In this document: positions 1 to 9,482 of the stretch, piece after piece
Position numbering within the stretch: position 1 is the first letter of the stretch
Layout of the letters: each line of letters begins with the position of its first letter
Assembly (NCBI RefSeq): GCF_001467695.1
Contig: NZ_LNYE01000023.1
Span: 174,851-198,850, forward strand
Length of the DNA stretch: 24,000 nucleotides
Source of the DNA: Legionella gratiana
GTDB taxonomy: Bacteria; Pseudomonadota; Gammaproteobacteria; Legionellales; Legionellaceae
Direction: 5' to 3'
Program-made: the position numbers and the translations under genes
Notes under the pieces: generated by a model
Database searches by the model: none
The model's input: the letters and a program-made list of their open reading frames with translations, nothing else
What the model was told of the DNA's origin: nothing

Positions 1-1
1 A

Positions 2-76
2 CCTATAGAACAAATTAATAAGGCTTTTGATTTAATGCATCAAGGTGAATCTATTCGTACAGTTCTTACTTTTTAA
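2..76 (+). CDS. frmA: 3' end of a class III alcohol dehydrogenase / S-(hydroxymethyl)glutathione dehydrogenase gene (partial; start lies outside the window)
   Basis: Frame-2 translation PIEQINKAFDLMHQGESIRTVLTF* resembles the conserved C-terminus of Zn-dependent class III ADHs. It ends 23 nt upstream of an S-formylglutathione hydrolase gene, the usual formaldehyde-detoxification pairing. Confidence 0.6.
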   Translation, partial: PIEQINKAFDLMHQGESIRTVLTF

Positions 77-99
77 TCATTTTCTTGAGTTGAAAAAAA

Positions 100-948
100 A
101 TGACTATTGATCTTATTGAAGAGCACTGTTGCTTTGGGGGTATTCAACGTGTTTATGCACATCAATCTTCTGTAACTCGTTGTATGATGCGTTTCGGTCT
201 TTTTTTGCCACCGCAAGTACACAGCCAATGTGTTCCTGTGTTGTATTGGCTTTCTGGATTGACTTGTACGGAACAAAATTTTATTACTAAAGCAGGTGCA
301 CAACGCATGGCTGCTCAATTAGGTCTTGCATTGGTTACACCGGATACAAGTCCTCGGGGAGTTCATTTGCCTGGAGATCAGAAAAGTTATGATTTTGGCA
401 TTGGTGCGGGGTTTTATGTGGATGCAACACAAAAACCATGGTCACAATACTATCAAATGTCTTCTTATGTGGGTGATGAATTGCCTAATTTACTGCAGCA
501 ACATTTTCCTCTTGATGAACAAGCTTGTGGTATTTTTGGGCATTCAATGGGAGGTCATGGAGCTCTTACTTTAGCTTTAAAAAATCCCGAACAATATCGT
601 TCAGTTTCTGCTTTTGCCCCTATCTGTGCACCTAGCCAGTGTTCATGGGGACAAAAAGCGTTTACAGGTTATTTGGGGAAAGATCAGGATAAGTGGAAGG
701 ATTATGATGCTTGTAGTCTCATTTTAGAAAGGGGATGGCCGCATAAGAAGATATTAATTGATCAGGGGACTCAGGATTCGTATTTGCAAGAACAATTAAA
801 ACCCGAATTATTCCAGGATGCCTGCTTGAATGCTGCTGTTGATCTTAATTTACGGATGCAAGAAGGTTATGATCATAGTTACTATTTTATTGCGAGCTTT
901 ATTGAAGAACATTTAATTTTTCATGCTTCAATGTTAAAAGGTAATTAA
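100..948 (+). CDS. fghA: S-formylglutathione hydrolase (esterase D family)
   Basis: 282-aa ORF with the serine-hydrolase nucleophile elbow GHSMGGHGAL. The overall FghA/FrmB-like sequence includes LPPQ...PVLYWLSGLTCTEQNF and QGTQDSYL...GYDHSYYFI. It follows the frmA-like gene. Confidence 0.9.
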   Translation: MTIDLIEEHCCFGGIQRVYAHQSSVTRCMMRFGLFLPPQVHSQCVPVLYWLSGLTCTEQNFITKAGAQRMAAQLGLALVTPDTSPRGVHLPGDQKSYDFGIGAGFYVDATQKPWSQYYQMSSYVGDELPNLLQQHFPLDEQACGIFGHSMGGHGALTLALKNPEQYRSVSAFAPICAPSQCSWGQKAFTGYLGKDQDKWKDYDACSLILERGWPHKKILIDQGTQDSYLQEQLKPELFQDACLNAAVDLNLRMQEGYDHSYYFIASFIEEHLIFHASMLKGN

Positions 949-952
949 AAAC

Positions 953-1525
953 TCAGGCATCGCGATTTTTACAAAAACAGTCGACTAAATGATCGTCCAC
1001 CATTCCCACTGCTTGCATATAAGCATATATAATCGTAGAGCCTACAAAACTCATCCCTCTTTTTTGCAAGTCTTTGGATAATGCGTCTGACTCGGGCGTA
1101 GTTGCGGGAATTTCTTGAAGACTATGAGGGTAATTTATTTTAGGACTTCCATTCACGAATTGCCAAACATAATTATCAAATGAGGTAAATTCGCGTACAA
1201 TGTTGATGAATGCTAGGGCATTTTTTCGCGCTGAAAAAACTTTAAGTCGGTTGCGGATAATGCCAGGATCAGTGAGTAAATTCTGTAGTTCTTCATCCGT
1301 CATCTGTGCCACAGCATGAGGATCAAATTGCTTAAATGCTTTGCGATATGCTTCGCGGCGTTTGAGTATCGTTTCCCAGCTTAAACCTGCTTGAGCCCCT
1401 TCGAGGATAAGCATTTCGAAATGTTTTTGATCCTCATGAACAGGGATACCCCATTCTGTATCGTGGTAGTGTTCGTAATAAGGTTTGTTTATTCCAACCC
1501 AAGTACAGCGTTTCATAATGGACAT
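953..1525 (-). CDS. tag: DNA-3-methyladenine glycosylase I
   Basis: 190-aa ORF collinear with E. coli Tag: RC.WV...YHD.EWG.P, FEML.LEG.QAGLSW, and the C-terminal DH.V.C.C Zn-site region. The true start could be the second Met (MKRC) 9 nt downstream. Convergent with fghA, with only 4 nt between the stop codons. Confidence 0.9.
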   Translation of the reverse strand: MSIMKRCTWVGINKPYYEHYHDTEWGIPVHEDQKHFEMLILEGAQAGLSWETILKRREAYRKAFKQFDPHAVAQMTDEELQNLLTDPGIIRNRLKVFSARKNALAFINIVREFTSFDNYVWQFVNGSPKINYPHSLQEIPATTPESDALSKDLQKRGMSFVGSTIIYAYMQAVGMVDDHLVDCFCKNRDA

Positions 1526-1685
1526 TAATTCTTAGACGAAATTGATACTATAGTACCGTTTTTTAGTGACAATAACTATTCTTATAGGGGTTATTGGGGT
1601 GATAATCATTTGTTTCGTCTTGAATTTGTTCAAGAATGGCTTAAAATTCACATACGAAAACAATCTACTTATTTTAGAGAACTTC

Positions 1686-3266
1686 ATGTCCGATTTTTAT
1701 CAGGATTTTAATACAAGACGAACCTTTGCAATTATTTCTCACCCTGATGCAGGTAAGACCACTGTAACAGAGAAGTTACTTTTATTTGGTGGCGCAATTC
1801 AATTGGCTGGAACTGTTAAAGGGCGTAAGGCGGATCGACATGCAACCTCAGATTGGATGGAAATGGAAAAAGAACGAGGTATTTCTATTACTACGTCTGT
1901 AATGCAGTTTGTACATAACCGGCACGTCATGAATTTACTTGATACTCCTGGCCATGAGGATTTTTCTGAAGATACTTACCGGACTTTAACTGCTGTAGAT
2001 TCAGCGCTTATGGTAATTGATGTGGCCAAAGGGGTAGAGGAACGAACAGTGAAGTTGATGGAAGTATGTCGTTTGCGTGATACACCAATTATGACCTTTA
2101 TTAATAAACTGGATCGTGAAGGTCGTGATCCCATTGATTTGCTTGATGAAGTAGAGTCGGTTTTGGGGATTCAATGTGCTCCAGTCACTTGGCCTGTAGG
2201 TATGGGAAAACGTTTTAAAGGAATTTATCATCGTTATGAAGATATAGTTTATCTTTATCAACCTGGAAAAAATGCACAAAAACAAGATGCAATGCAAATT
2301 AAAGGATTAGACAATCCTCAATTGGATGAGATGTTAGGAGAGAGTGCCCAAGAATTACGTGAGGAAATTGAACTTGTGAAGGGGGCTTCACATGAATTTA
2401 ATTTGCAGGATTATTTGGCAGGAAAAATGACTCCTGTTTATTTTGGCTCAGCAATTAATAATTTTGGCATCAAAGAATTACTGGATGATTATGTGCGCTA
2501 TGCTCCAGGTCCACAACCGAGAAATACTCAAGAGCGGGTTGTATCTCCAGATGAAGAGGCTTTTTCGGGGTTTGTATTTAAAATACAAGCCAATATGGAT
2601 CCAAAGCACAGAGACCGTATTGCTTTTTTACGTATATGCTCTGGAGCTTATAAAAAAGGGATGAAATTGAGTCACTTGCGTATTGGTAAAGAAGTGCAAA
2701 TTTCCAATGCATTGACCTTTATGGCAGGTGATCGATCACACACAGAAGTTGCTTTGCCAGGAGATATTATCGGATTACACAATCATGGAACTATTCGAAT
2801 AGGTGATACCTTTACTCAAGGAGAGCAATTAAAATTTACTGGCATTCCTAATTTTGCCCCAGAACTTTTTCGTTTGGTTCGTTTAAAGGATCCTTTAAAG
2901 AGTAAGGCTTTATTAAAAGGTTTAATTGAGCTATCTGAGGAAGGAGCAACTCAGGTATTTAGACCATTAAACAGCAATCAATTAATCTTAGGTGCTGTAG
3001 GGATATTGCAATTCGATGTTGTTGCACATCGATTGAAGCATGAATATAAAGTAGATTGCATTTATGAGTCCGTAAATGTGACTTGCGCTCGTTGGGTTTA
3101 CTCAGAGGATGATAAGGCGATGAGCGAATTTCGCACTAAAGCTTATGATTATTTAGCATTAGATGGAAGTGATGCATTAATGTATCTTGCCCCAACTCGT
3201 GTTAATTTAGCTATGGCTCAAGAACGATATCCTAAAATTAAGTTTCATGCTACACGAGAACATTAA
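1686..3266 (+). CDS. prfC: peptide chain release factor 3 (translational GTPase)
   Basis: Collinear with E. coli RF3 from [16 protein letters not shown] (G1) through DTPGHEDF and NKLDR to the C-terminal FHATREH. The ATG at 1686 gives a 526-aa product aligned to the E. coli N-terminus. The GTG start at 1566 in the ORF track would add a non-homologous hydrophobic extension. Confidence 0.92.
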   Translation: MSDFYQDFNTRRTFAIISHPDAGKTTVTEKLLLFGGAIQLAGTVKGRKADRHATSDWMEMEKERGISITTSVMQFVHNRHVMNLLDTPGHEDFSEDTYRTLTAVDSALMVIDVAKGVEERTVKLMEVCRLRDTPIMTFINKLDREGRDPIDLLDEVESVLGIQCAPVTWPVGMGKRFKGIYHRYEDIVYLYQPGKNAQKQDAMQIKGLDNPQLDEMLGESAQELREEIELVKGASHEFNLQDYLAGKMTPVYFGSAINNFGIKELLDDYVRYAPGPQPRNTQERVVSPDEEAFSGFVFKIQANMDPKHRDRIAFLRICSGAYKKGMKLSHLRIGKEVQISNALTFMAGDRSHTEVALPGDIIGLHNHGTIRIGDTFTQGEQLKFTGIPNFAPELFRLVRLKDPLKSKALLKGLIELSEEGATQVFRPLNSNQLILGAVGILQFDVVAHRLKHEYKVDCIYESVNVTCARWVYSEDDKAMSEFRTKAYDYLALDGSDALMYLAPTRVNLAMAQERYPKIKFHATREH

Positions 3267-3344
3267 TCACATAGCGATAATCTTCATTTTTGATGATAAT
3301 AAAGTGGATTCTTTATCGCTCATAGGCATAAGCAAGGTTTGTTG

Positions 3345-3377
3345 CGACATAAAAGGAACGGAATGTCTTTTATGTCG
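3345..3377. terminator. perfect 11-bp stem-loop between convergent prfC and the 128-aa gene; a half-copy of repeat family 1
   Basis: CGACATAAAAG (3345-3355) pairs with CTTTTATGTCG (3367-3377) around an 11-nt loop. The sequence GCGACATAAA...TTTATGTC is shared with the second hairpin of the elements at 3891-3981 and 13597-13733. There is no adjacent U-tract, so terminator function is only inferred from position. Confidence 0.45.
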
Positions 3378-3400
3378 GCTTTAATCCTTTTTTAGGAATT

Positions 3401-3787
3401 TTAGGAAGTAGTACAACTCGCTTTTACAGTATGTAGACCAAAATTAGTAATTCTCACCTTTGCCCCAGAATCAGCACTGAGTTTCAGAGTCTGGTTGTGT
3501 TGTACACTATAGTGCAAAGAATCTCCTGTAGTTAAAGGGATGTCGTTAATTTTTCCTTTTTTAGCTAATGCTTCTACGAAAAGATCATTACTTTCATCTT
3601 CCGTAGTAATTTTACAATTAGCTTCTATTGGCCAGAACATATAATTAATGAATTCTTGAGGGACATTGCTGGGTAATTCATATTCAATAGCGATCCCTTG
3701 TTGGAGTGGATGACTATCCATAGCATATGCATTAGTAGTTAAAGAAGTCACAACACAGAATAACCCGAATCCTAGCTTTCGTAACAT
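3401..3787 (-). CDS. hypothetical secreted protein (128 aa)
   Basis: N-terminal signal-peptide-like segment MLRKLGFGLFCVVTSLTTNAYA, then a polar mature part with two Cys. I recognise no domain. Confidence 0.6.
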   Translation of the reverse strand: MLRKLGFGLFCVVTSLTTNAYAMDSHPLQQGIAIEYELPSNVPQEFINYMFWPIEANCKITTEDESNDLFVEALAKKGKINDIPLTTGDSLHYSVQHNQTLKLSADSGAKVRITNFGLHTVKASCTTS

Positions 3788-3890
3788 TAGTTCACTCCAT
3801 AATGAAAATTAATGGGCTAAGATACCTTTATTTTGTTTCTATGGCAAATTAATATTCATTAATTATTTAGATGTTTAGCTGCCTTTATTT

Positions 3891-3981
3891 AATGGGAGTT
3901 CGATATAAAAAATAATGTAATTTTTTATACCGATCTGTTTGTTTTGGAGACATGGAAATGTCTTTATGTCGAACTCATGTT
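3891..3981. repeat. MITE-like intergenic repeat, family 1, short copy
   Basis: Terminal inverted repeats are GGGAGTTCGAT... and ...GTCGAACTCATGT. Internal hairpin 1 is CGATATAAAAAAT/ATTTTTTATACCG. Internal hairpin 2 is AGACAT-GGAA-ATGTCT. Collinear with the longer copy at 13597-13733. It ends 3 nt from the pntB stop codon. Confidence 0.7.
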
Positions 3982-3983
3982 AT

Positions 3984-5381
3984 TTATAATGATTCTAATG
4001 CTTTAGCAATAGATTCCGTCATTGCTTTAGCATCGCCAAAGAGCATGTACGTATTGTCGTGATGGAACAGAGCATTTTCCACACCGGCATAACCAGGCGC
4101 CATACTCCGTTTCACGAACAAAACTGTTTTTGCTTTTTCAACTTCTAAAACGGGCATTCCATAAATAGGTGAACTTGGATCAGTTTTTGCTGCAGGATTA
4201 GTTATGTCATTTGCTCCAATAATATAAGCTACATCACAACTAGCGAAATCACGATTAATTTCACTTTGTTCAAAAACTCTATCATAAGGAATGTTGGCTT
4301 CTGCGAGCAGTACATTCATATGTCCAGGCATACGTCCAGCCACAGGATGAATTGCAAAGCGAACCTTAATGTTTCGATGTTCTAACGCATCCACTAATTC
4401 TTTGACTGCATGTTGCGCATGTGCCACTGCCATACCATATCCAGGGACAATAATCACATCTTTTGCATTATTTAAGAGGAATGCTGCATCTTCACCATTT
4501 CCTTGTCGTACTGAGCGTGATTCGGTTGATGTATTGGCTTGTAATTGTGTTCCCGACGTTTGGATGCCGCCAAAAATTACGTTGAAAATAGAGCGGTTCA
4601 TGCCCACACACATGATATAACTTAGAATTGCTCCACTCGCTCCAACTAGGGCCCCAGTAATCACCAGTAAATGGTTACTCAGGGTAAAACCAATACCAGC
4701 GGCAGCCCAACCAGAATACGAGTTAAGCATGGAAATCACTACCGGCATATCAGCACCACCAATTGGGATAATAAGTAGCACACCAATTAAAAAGGCTAAG
4801 GCAGCCATAATACAAAAAAGAGTGAGTGTTTGGTTTATTAAAAATAATACAAATAAAATAAGAATTCCCAACGCAGTCAAGAGGTTGATGATATTATGGC
4901 CAGTAAGTTTGATAGGAACTCCTGACATAATTCCTTGTAATTTAAGAAAAGCAATTACAGAGCCAGAAAAGGTGATAGCACCAATAATTAAACCTAAGCT
5001 CATTTCCACAAGGCTTGCCTTGGCGATGGCACCGGGAACTCCTATATGGAACGAGTGAGGAGATAAGAAAGCACAGAATGCGACAAGTACTGCTGCCATT
5101 CCTACCAAAGAATGAAAGGCAGCAACTAATTGTGGAATAGCGGTCATATTGATTTTAAGAGCGATATAGGTTCCGATTATTCCACCTGCAATCATTAAAC
5201 TAATGAGTAGAGGTTGATGATATGTTGAGGGCATCATTAACGTTGAGCCTACTGCGAGAATCATACCAGCAATTCCCAATAGATTTCCTCTTCGTGCAGA
5301 AGCTGGGCTGGCAAGGCCTTTGAGTGCCAGTATAAAACAGATAGCTGCTAATAGATAAAATAAAGGAACCAAGGTAGTCAT
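3984..5381 (-). CDS. pntB: NAD(P) transhydrogenase subunit beta
   Basis: 465-aa ORF with a multi-helix membrane N-terminal part. The C-terminal dIII NADP(H)-binding domain includes [27 protein letters not shown] and [10 protein letters not shown]. Confidence 0.93.
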   Translation of the reverse strand: MTTLVPLFYLLAAICFILALKGLASPASARRGNLLGIAGMILAVGSTLMMPSTYHQPLLISLMIAGGIIGTYIALKINMTAIPQLVAAFHSLVGMAAVLVAFCAFLSPHSFHIGVPGAIAKASLVEMSLGLIIGAITFSGSVIAFLKLQGIMSGVPIKLTGHNIINLLTALGILILFVLFLINQTLTLFCIMAALAFLIGVLLIIPIGGADMPVVISMLNSYSGWAAAGIGFTLSNHLLVITGALVGASGAILSYIMCVGMNRSIFNVIFGGIQTSGTQLQANTSTESRSVRQGNGEDAAFLLNNAKDVIIVPGYGMAVAHAQHAVKELVDALEHRNIKVRFAIHPVAGRMPGHMNVLLAEANIPYDRVFEQSEINRDFASCDVAYIIGANDITNPAAKTDPSSPIYGMPVLEVEKAKTVLFVKRSMAPGYAGVENALFHHDNTYMLFGDAKAMTESIAKALESL

Positions 5382-5431
5382 GAGAAATCATCCCTAATAT
5401 TTAAATTAAAACCCACAAGTAAACAATAATT

Positions 5432-5728
5432 CTATTTTTTATACATGCGAAGCATACGTTGAGTGACCACAAAACCACCAAAAATGTTAATTGAGGTAAT
5501 GAATATTGCTAGACCACCTATCCAGGTTATTTTTCCAATGAATTGACTTCCTGCAGCAATGAGGGCACCTAAAACAATAATACTGGATATTGCATTGGTT
5601 ACTGACATTAGAGGCGTATGGAGTGCGGGTGTAACTTTCCAAACTACATAATACCCGACAAAACAAGCTAATACGAAAATAGTAAGTATTGTAATATAAG
5701 GATTTCCTAGGGTATTCATCTCATGCAT
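5432..5728 (-). CDS. pntAB: NAD(P) transhydrogenase subunit alpha part 2 (membrane dII segment)
   Basis: 98-aa, three-helix hydrophobic protein between pntAA and pntB, as in split-alpha transhydrogenases (Rhodospirillum type). Its start overlaps the pntAA stop (ATGCATGA, 5721-5728). Confidence 0.88.
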   Translation of the reverse strand: MHEMNTLGNPYITILTIFVLACFVGYYVVWKVTPALHTPLMSVTNAISSIIVLGALIAAGSQFIGKITWIGGLAIFITSINIFGGFVVTQRMLRMYKK

Positions 5729-6854
5729 TTTGGGTCTCCTTTATGACCTGGAAGGGTAGATATTGATTTTGATGACAAAGCACCGCTTGTTGAATAATTT
5801 CATCGTTGGGATTTAATATGATCTCGGGAGGAGTCGGGGCCAAGAGATGAATAAGGTGAACTAAATTATTCGCATAAAGTTCACTTGCTGTTGCTGGAAC
5901 AAGCCCTGCTAAGTTGCTTAAACCAATGATGGTTACTTCTCCATGTTGGATGGTTTTATCAATAACGCTTACTTCGCAATTCCCACCGCGGGAGGTTGCG
6001 AGATCAACGACAACTGATCCAGGCTTCATTTGTTCTATCGTATGTTTATACAATAAAACAGGGGCCTTACGACCAGGAATTAAGGCGGTTGAAATAACAA
6101 TATCTGATAATTTGGCGTATTGATCAATAAGTTCTGCCTGTAATTTTTTATATTCTTCGCTTGTTTCAGAAGCGTATCCACCTTTTGTTTCACTATCTTG
6201 ATCTTGGCTGACTTCAATAAATTCAGCGCCTAAACTTTCAACTTGTTCTTTTGCAGCACGTCGTACATCAAATGCATAAACTACCGCACCTAAACGTTTG
6301 GCTGTTGCTATAGCTTGTAAGCCTGCCACACCAGCACCAAGAACAAGTACTTTAGCAGGTTGAATCATTCCTGCAGCTGTCATCATCATTGGAATAGCTC
6401 GATGAAATTGAGTACACGCTTCGAGAACAGCTCGATATCCTGCCAAATTGGCTTGGGAAGAGAGGCTATCCATGCTTTGAGCACGGCTGATACGAGGAAT
6501 AAGATTCATTGAGAATAAGGTAATCTGTTTTTCTTGGCACCAGGAAATTAATTGACTTTGCGGTTCGTTATCAATAGGACCGATGATCATGGCGCCTGGT
6601 GATAAACCCTCCAGGTCTTTGGGATTAGGCTCATTAATGCAGAGAAGAATGTTTGCTTTTGTAAGAATATTTTTTTTGTTGTCGCTAATATACGCCCCGA
6701 CTTGTTCATAATCTTGATTTCTAAAGCCTGCTGCCTGACCAGCATTTTTTTCTATGCTAACTTCAAACCCAGATTTTATGAACTGTTTCGCTGAATTAGG
6801 AGTAATCGCTACTCGAGTTTCATTTCCTGCTGTATGTAAGGTTGCAATGATCAT
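5721..6854 (-). CDS. pntAA: NAD(P) transhydrogenase subunit alpha part 1 (soluble dI, NAD(H)-binding)
   Basis: 377-aa ORF with an alanine-dehydrogenase/PNT fold. It carries the Rossmann motif [22 protein letters not shown] and lacks the membrane tail found in fused PntA. Confidence 0.93.
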   Translation of the reverse strand: MIIATLHTAGNETRVAITPNSAKQFIKSGFEVSIEKNAGQAAGFRNQDYEQVGAYISDNKKNILTKANILLCINEPNPKDLEGLSPGAMIIGPIDNEPQSQLISWCQEKQITLFSMNLIPRISRAQSMDSLSSQANLAGYRAVLEACTQFHRAIPMMMTAAGMIQPAKVLVLGAGVAGLQAIATAKRLGAVVYAFDVRRAAKEQVESLGAEFIEVSQDQDSETKGGYASETSEEYKKLQAELIDQYAKLSDIVISTALIPGRKAPVLLYKHTIEQMKPGSVVVDLATSRGGNCEVSVIDKTIQHGEVTIIGLSNLAGLVPATASELYANNLVHLIHLLAPTPPEIILNPNDEIIQQAVLCHQNQYLPFQVIKETQNA

Positions 6855-6932
6855 GAGTAAATCCTTTTTACCTAGATAATTATTATCGTATTGTAATTTA
6901 GAACTATTTTCCAGACTAAGGTATACAACATT

Positions 6933-8894
6933 TTATGCGTTGCTTTTATGAAGTTCTTCTTGCAAGCTGTCTACTTCAATAGCTAAGGCAATTTGATTGG
7001 CGCAAGACTCTAAAAGCTGTATTTTTTCCGGTGTTGCCCAATCATCACTCTTAAACGGTTGAATTCTTAAAACACCCATTGTACCTCGCGCACCGATCAA
7101 TGGGATGAATATGGCATTAGAAAAAGAAAGCGTATCAGTTCCCAATCCGGCTTTTTGTCCTAATTCAAATACCCATTGAGCAATACTGTATTCTTTATCA
7201 TCCAATTCTTGATGAGATTTTGAGCGTGCGCGAATGACTAAGCGTGTATCTTTAGGCAATAACGCAATGATTTCACAATGAAAAATTTCGGAAATATAAT
7301 TGATTCCAGTTCTAAGTAGCCTGACTATTCCACGAGTTCTCGATAATCTTCGGCTTAAAGTATATAAAGTAGAAGTTTGATATTCGGCAAGACGTGCAAT
7401 CTCTGATTGACGACGAGTAACCAAGATGAGTCGACAAATGATAAATGCGATAACGAACATCATTACTAAATTGAAAATATAATCTGCATCACTTGTTAAG
7501 AAACTATAGTAAGGAGGCACAAAGAAAAAATCGTAAGCTAAAAGGCTGAGAAAAACTCCTGAAATTGTAGGTCCGGTACGTCCCAGGGAGGCAATCGCAA
7601 TCATACCTATTAAATAAACCATGATTAAGTTAGCATCGGGTACTAGGGAGTACAGCAAAAAATTAAACAATGTTGTGACTGAAACAATACTAATTGATAA
7701 GAAATAAGGGAACCAGGAGGTCAGCGGTTTCGGAAGTGCTTTTTTTGGTGATTTTTTTACCATTTCGGTTATGGTATACACGTCAATGTCACCGCTATAA
7801 CGCAAAATTTCGTCAGCTAAACTACGAAAGAAAAAATTTTTCCACCGAGTTTGAATTCGTTTACTTATCATAATCAAAGTAACATTTTGCTCACGAGCAA
7901 AATTAAGAATTTCTCTAACGAGATCATATCCCATTAATATATGGGTTTCAGCACCTAATTGTTCTGCAAAAAATAGGTTTTTTATCGCTTGGTTACGTTG
8001 TGTTCTCGATAATTGGGTTCGAGGAGAATCTACGTAAACAGCCATCCAGTCTGCTTGAAAACTCGCTGCGATTCTTTTGGCAGAGCGAATTAATTTATGG
8101 GATTCTGGACCAGGTCCTACACAAACGAGGATTTTTTCCATGATGTGCCAGATACTTTTTATTCCTTGTCCTTGCCTATATAAAAGCACTTGAGTATTGA
8201 CTCGCTTTGCTAATGTACGTAATGCGAGTTCACGTAATGCCATTAAGTTGCCTTTACGAAAATAAAATTCTGCGGCTAGTTGTGCTTGTTTGGGGACATA
8301 AACCTTGCCCTCTGCCAAACGCTTTAATAAATCTTCTGGAGCCAAATCGACGAGCTCAATAGTATTCGCACGTTCAATCATGAAATCAGGGACCGTTTCT
8401 TGGACAGGTGCATGAATAATTTGGGAAACATCATTATTTAAACTTTCTATATGCTGAACATTTAAAGTGGTAGATACATCAATTCCTCGATCCAGAAGCT
8501 CTTTAATGTCTTGCCAACGTTTTTTATGACGCACGCCAGTAACATTTGTATGTGCCATTTCATCCATAAGGATTAATCCAGGATTTCTTTTTAGAGCAGC
8601 ATCCAAATCAAATTCTTGTAGTTTCTTGCCGTGATAATCAATAGTTAATTTAGGTAGGACCACGAAATTTTTAAGTATTTCCTCAATTTCTATGCGGCCA
8701 TGGGATTCAACAATGCCTACAACAATATCTAATCCTTTAGTTTGTTCTTCCAATGCCTCATGAAGCATGGAATGAGTTTTTCCTACTCCAGGAGCAGCAC
8801 CGAGATAGATTTTGAGTTTACCACGCTGTTGTTGCTGTTCCTCTTCGAGCACTCGTTGCAATAATGCGTTAGGGTTGGGACGTGAGTCATTCAT
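6933..8894 (-). CDS. kdpD: KdpD-family sensor protein lacking the histidine-kinase transmitter (KdpD-N + Usp + 4 TM + GAF only)
   Basis: The 653-aa product has four recognisable parts. KdpD N-domain: GKLKIYLGAAPGVGKTHSML, ILMDEMAHTN. Usp-like segment: ILVCVGPGPES. Hydrophobic DUF4118-like block. GAF-like region, ending ...IALAIEVDSLQEELHKSNA*. E. coli KdpD continues from this point into the H-box and ATPase domains. Here the stop is followed by 78 nt and then pntAA. Confidence 0.85.
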   Translation of the reverse strand: MNDSRPNPNALLQRVLEEEQQQQRGKLKIYLGAAPGVGKTHSMLHEALEEQTKGLDIVVGIVESHGRIEIEEILKNFVVLPKLTIDYHGKKLQEFDLDAALKRNPGLILMDEMAHTNVTGVRHKKRWQDIKELLDRGIDVSTTLNVQHIESLNNDVSQIIHAPVQETVPDFMIERANTIELVDLAPEDLLKRLAEGKVYVPKQAQLAAEFYFRKGNLMALRELALRTLAKRVNTQVLLYRQGQGIKSIWHIMEKILVCVGPGPESHKLIRSAKRIAASFQADWMAVYVDSPRTQLSRTQRNQAIKNLFFAEQLGAETHILMGYDLVREILNFAREQNVTLIMISKRIQTRWKNFFFRSLADEILRYSGDIDVYTITEMVKKSPKKALPKPLTSWFPYFLSISIVSVTTLFNFLLYSLVPDANLIMVYLIGMIAIASLGRTGPTISGVFLSLLAYDFFFVPPYYSFLTSDADYIFNLVMMFVIAFIICRLILVTRRQSEIARLAEYQTSTLYTLSRRLSRTRGIVRLLRTGINYISEIFHCEIIALLPKDTRLVIRARSKSHQELDDKEYSIAQWVFELGQKAGLGTDTLSFSNAIFIPLIGARGTMGVLRIQPFKSDDWATPEKIQLLESCANQIALAIEVDSLQEELHKSNA

Positions 8895-9477
8895 GAGTGG
8901 TCCTTATATGATCTAGGGCCAAATTAAGTTCTAATACATTAATACGCGGTTCTCCCAAAAGATACAGGGTTCTTTTTTTTATTAATTGATTCACCAATAT
9001 TTGTATTTCTTGCTCCGAAATATTACGTGCTTTAGCAATCCGAGGTATCTGATAAAAAGCTGCTAGTGGACTTATCTCTGGATCAAGGCCGCTTGCAGAG
9101 GCCGTTACTAAGTCAACAGGAATCAATGGCATTTTATTTTCATATTGACGAAGAGTCGCCGCTCTTTTTTTTACTGCAGCCAAAAACTCGGGGTTTAACG
9201 GCCCCATATTAGAACCTAAAGAGTTTGCTGAGTTATAAGGAAATGGGGTCGTTGCGGAGGGACGTCCCCAAAAGTAATTGGGTGTATCACTATATTGTCC
9301 AATTAATGCAGAACCTATGGGTTTATCCTGATATCGAAGTATGCTGCCGTTTGCTTGGTAGGGGAATAATACTTGAGCAATAAGGGTAATGACAACAGGA
9401 TAAATAAGGCCTGTAAGTAGCGAACATAGGAGTAAAAAGAGTAAAGAAATTTTTATTTGTTTGACGATTTCTGTCAT
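8887..9477 (-). CDS. kdpC: potassium-transporting ATPase subunit C
   Basis: 196-aa protein with a single N-terminal TM helix. KdpC motifs present: GSALIGQ, FWGRPSAT, SGLDPEISP. It lies between kdpB and kdpD, and its stop overlaps the kdpD start by 8 nt. Confidence 0.9.
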   Translation of the reverse strand: MTEIVKQIKISLLFLLLCSLLTGLIYPVVITLIAQVLFPYQANGSILRYQDKPIGSALIGQYSDTPNYFWGRPSATTPFPYNSANSLGSNMGPLNPEFLAAVKKRAATLRQYENKMPLIPVDLVTASASGLDPEISPLAAFYQIPRIAKARNISEQEIQILVNQLIKKRTLYLLGEPRINVLELNLALDHIRTTHE

Positions 9478-9482
9478 TATTT

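Noticed and set aside
1566-1685. In-frame 40-codon hydrophobic N-terminal extension of prfC from a GTG start ([22 protein letters not shown]...)
   Set aside because: RF3 homology begins exactly at the ATG at 1686 ([26 protein letters not shown] aligns with the E. coli N-terminus). There is no SD before the GTG. A membrane-anchored RF3 is implausible, so this is probably an open upstream frame by chance.
73-2664. ORFs 73-318(-), 326-574(+), 2001-2297(-) and 2443-2664(+)
   Set aside because: They overlap fghA or prfC in alternative frames or strands, with no motifs and no ribosome-binding sites. They are shadow ORFs.
3984-6854. Three-gene split transhydrogenase as a novelty
   Set aside because: The pntAA/pntAB/pntB split of the alpha subunit is a well-known arrangement (Rhodospirillum type). 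It is annotated as a feature and is not unusual.
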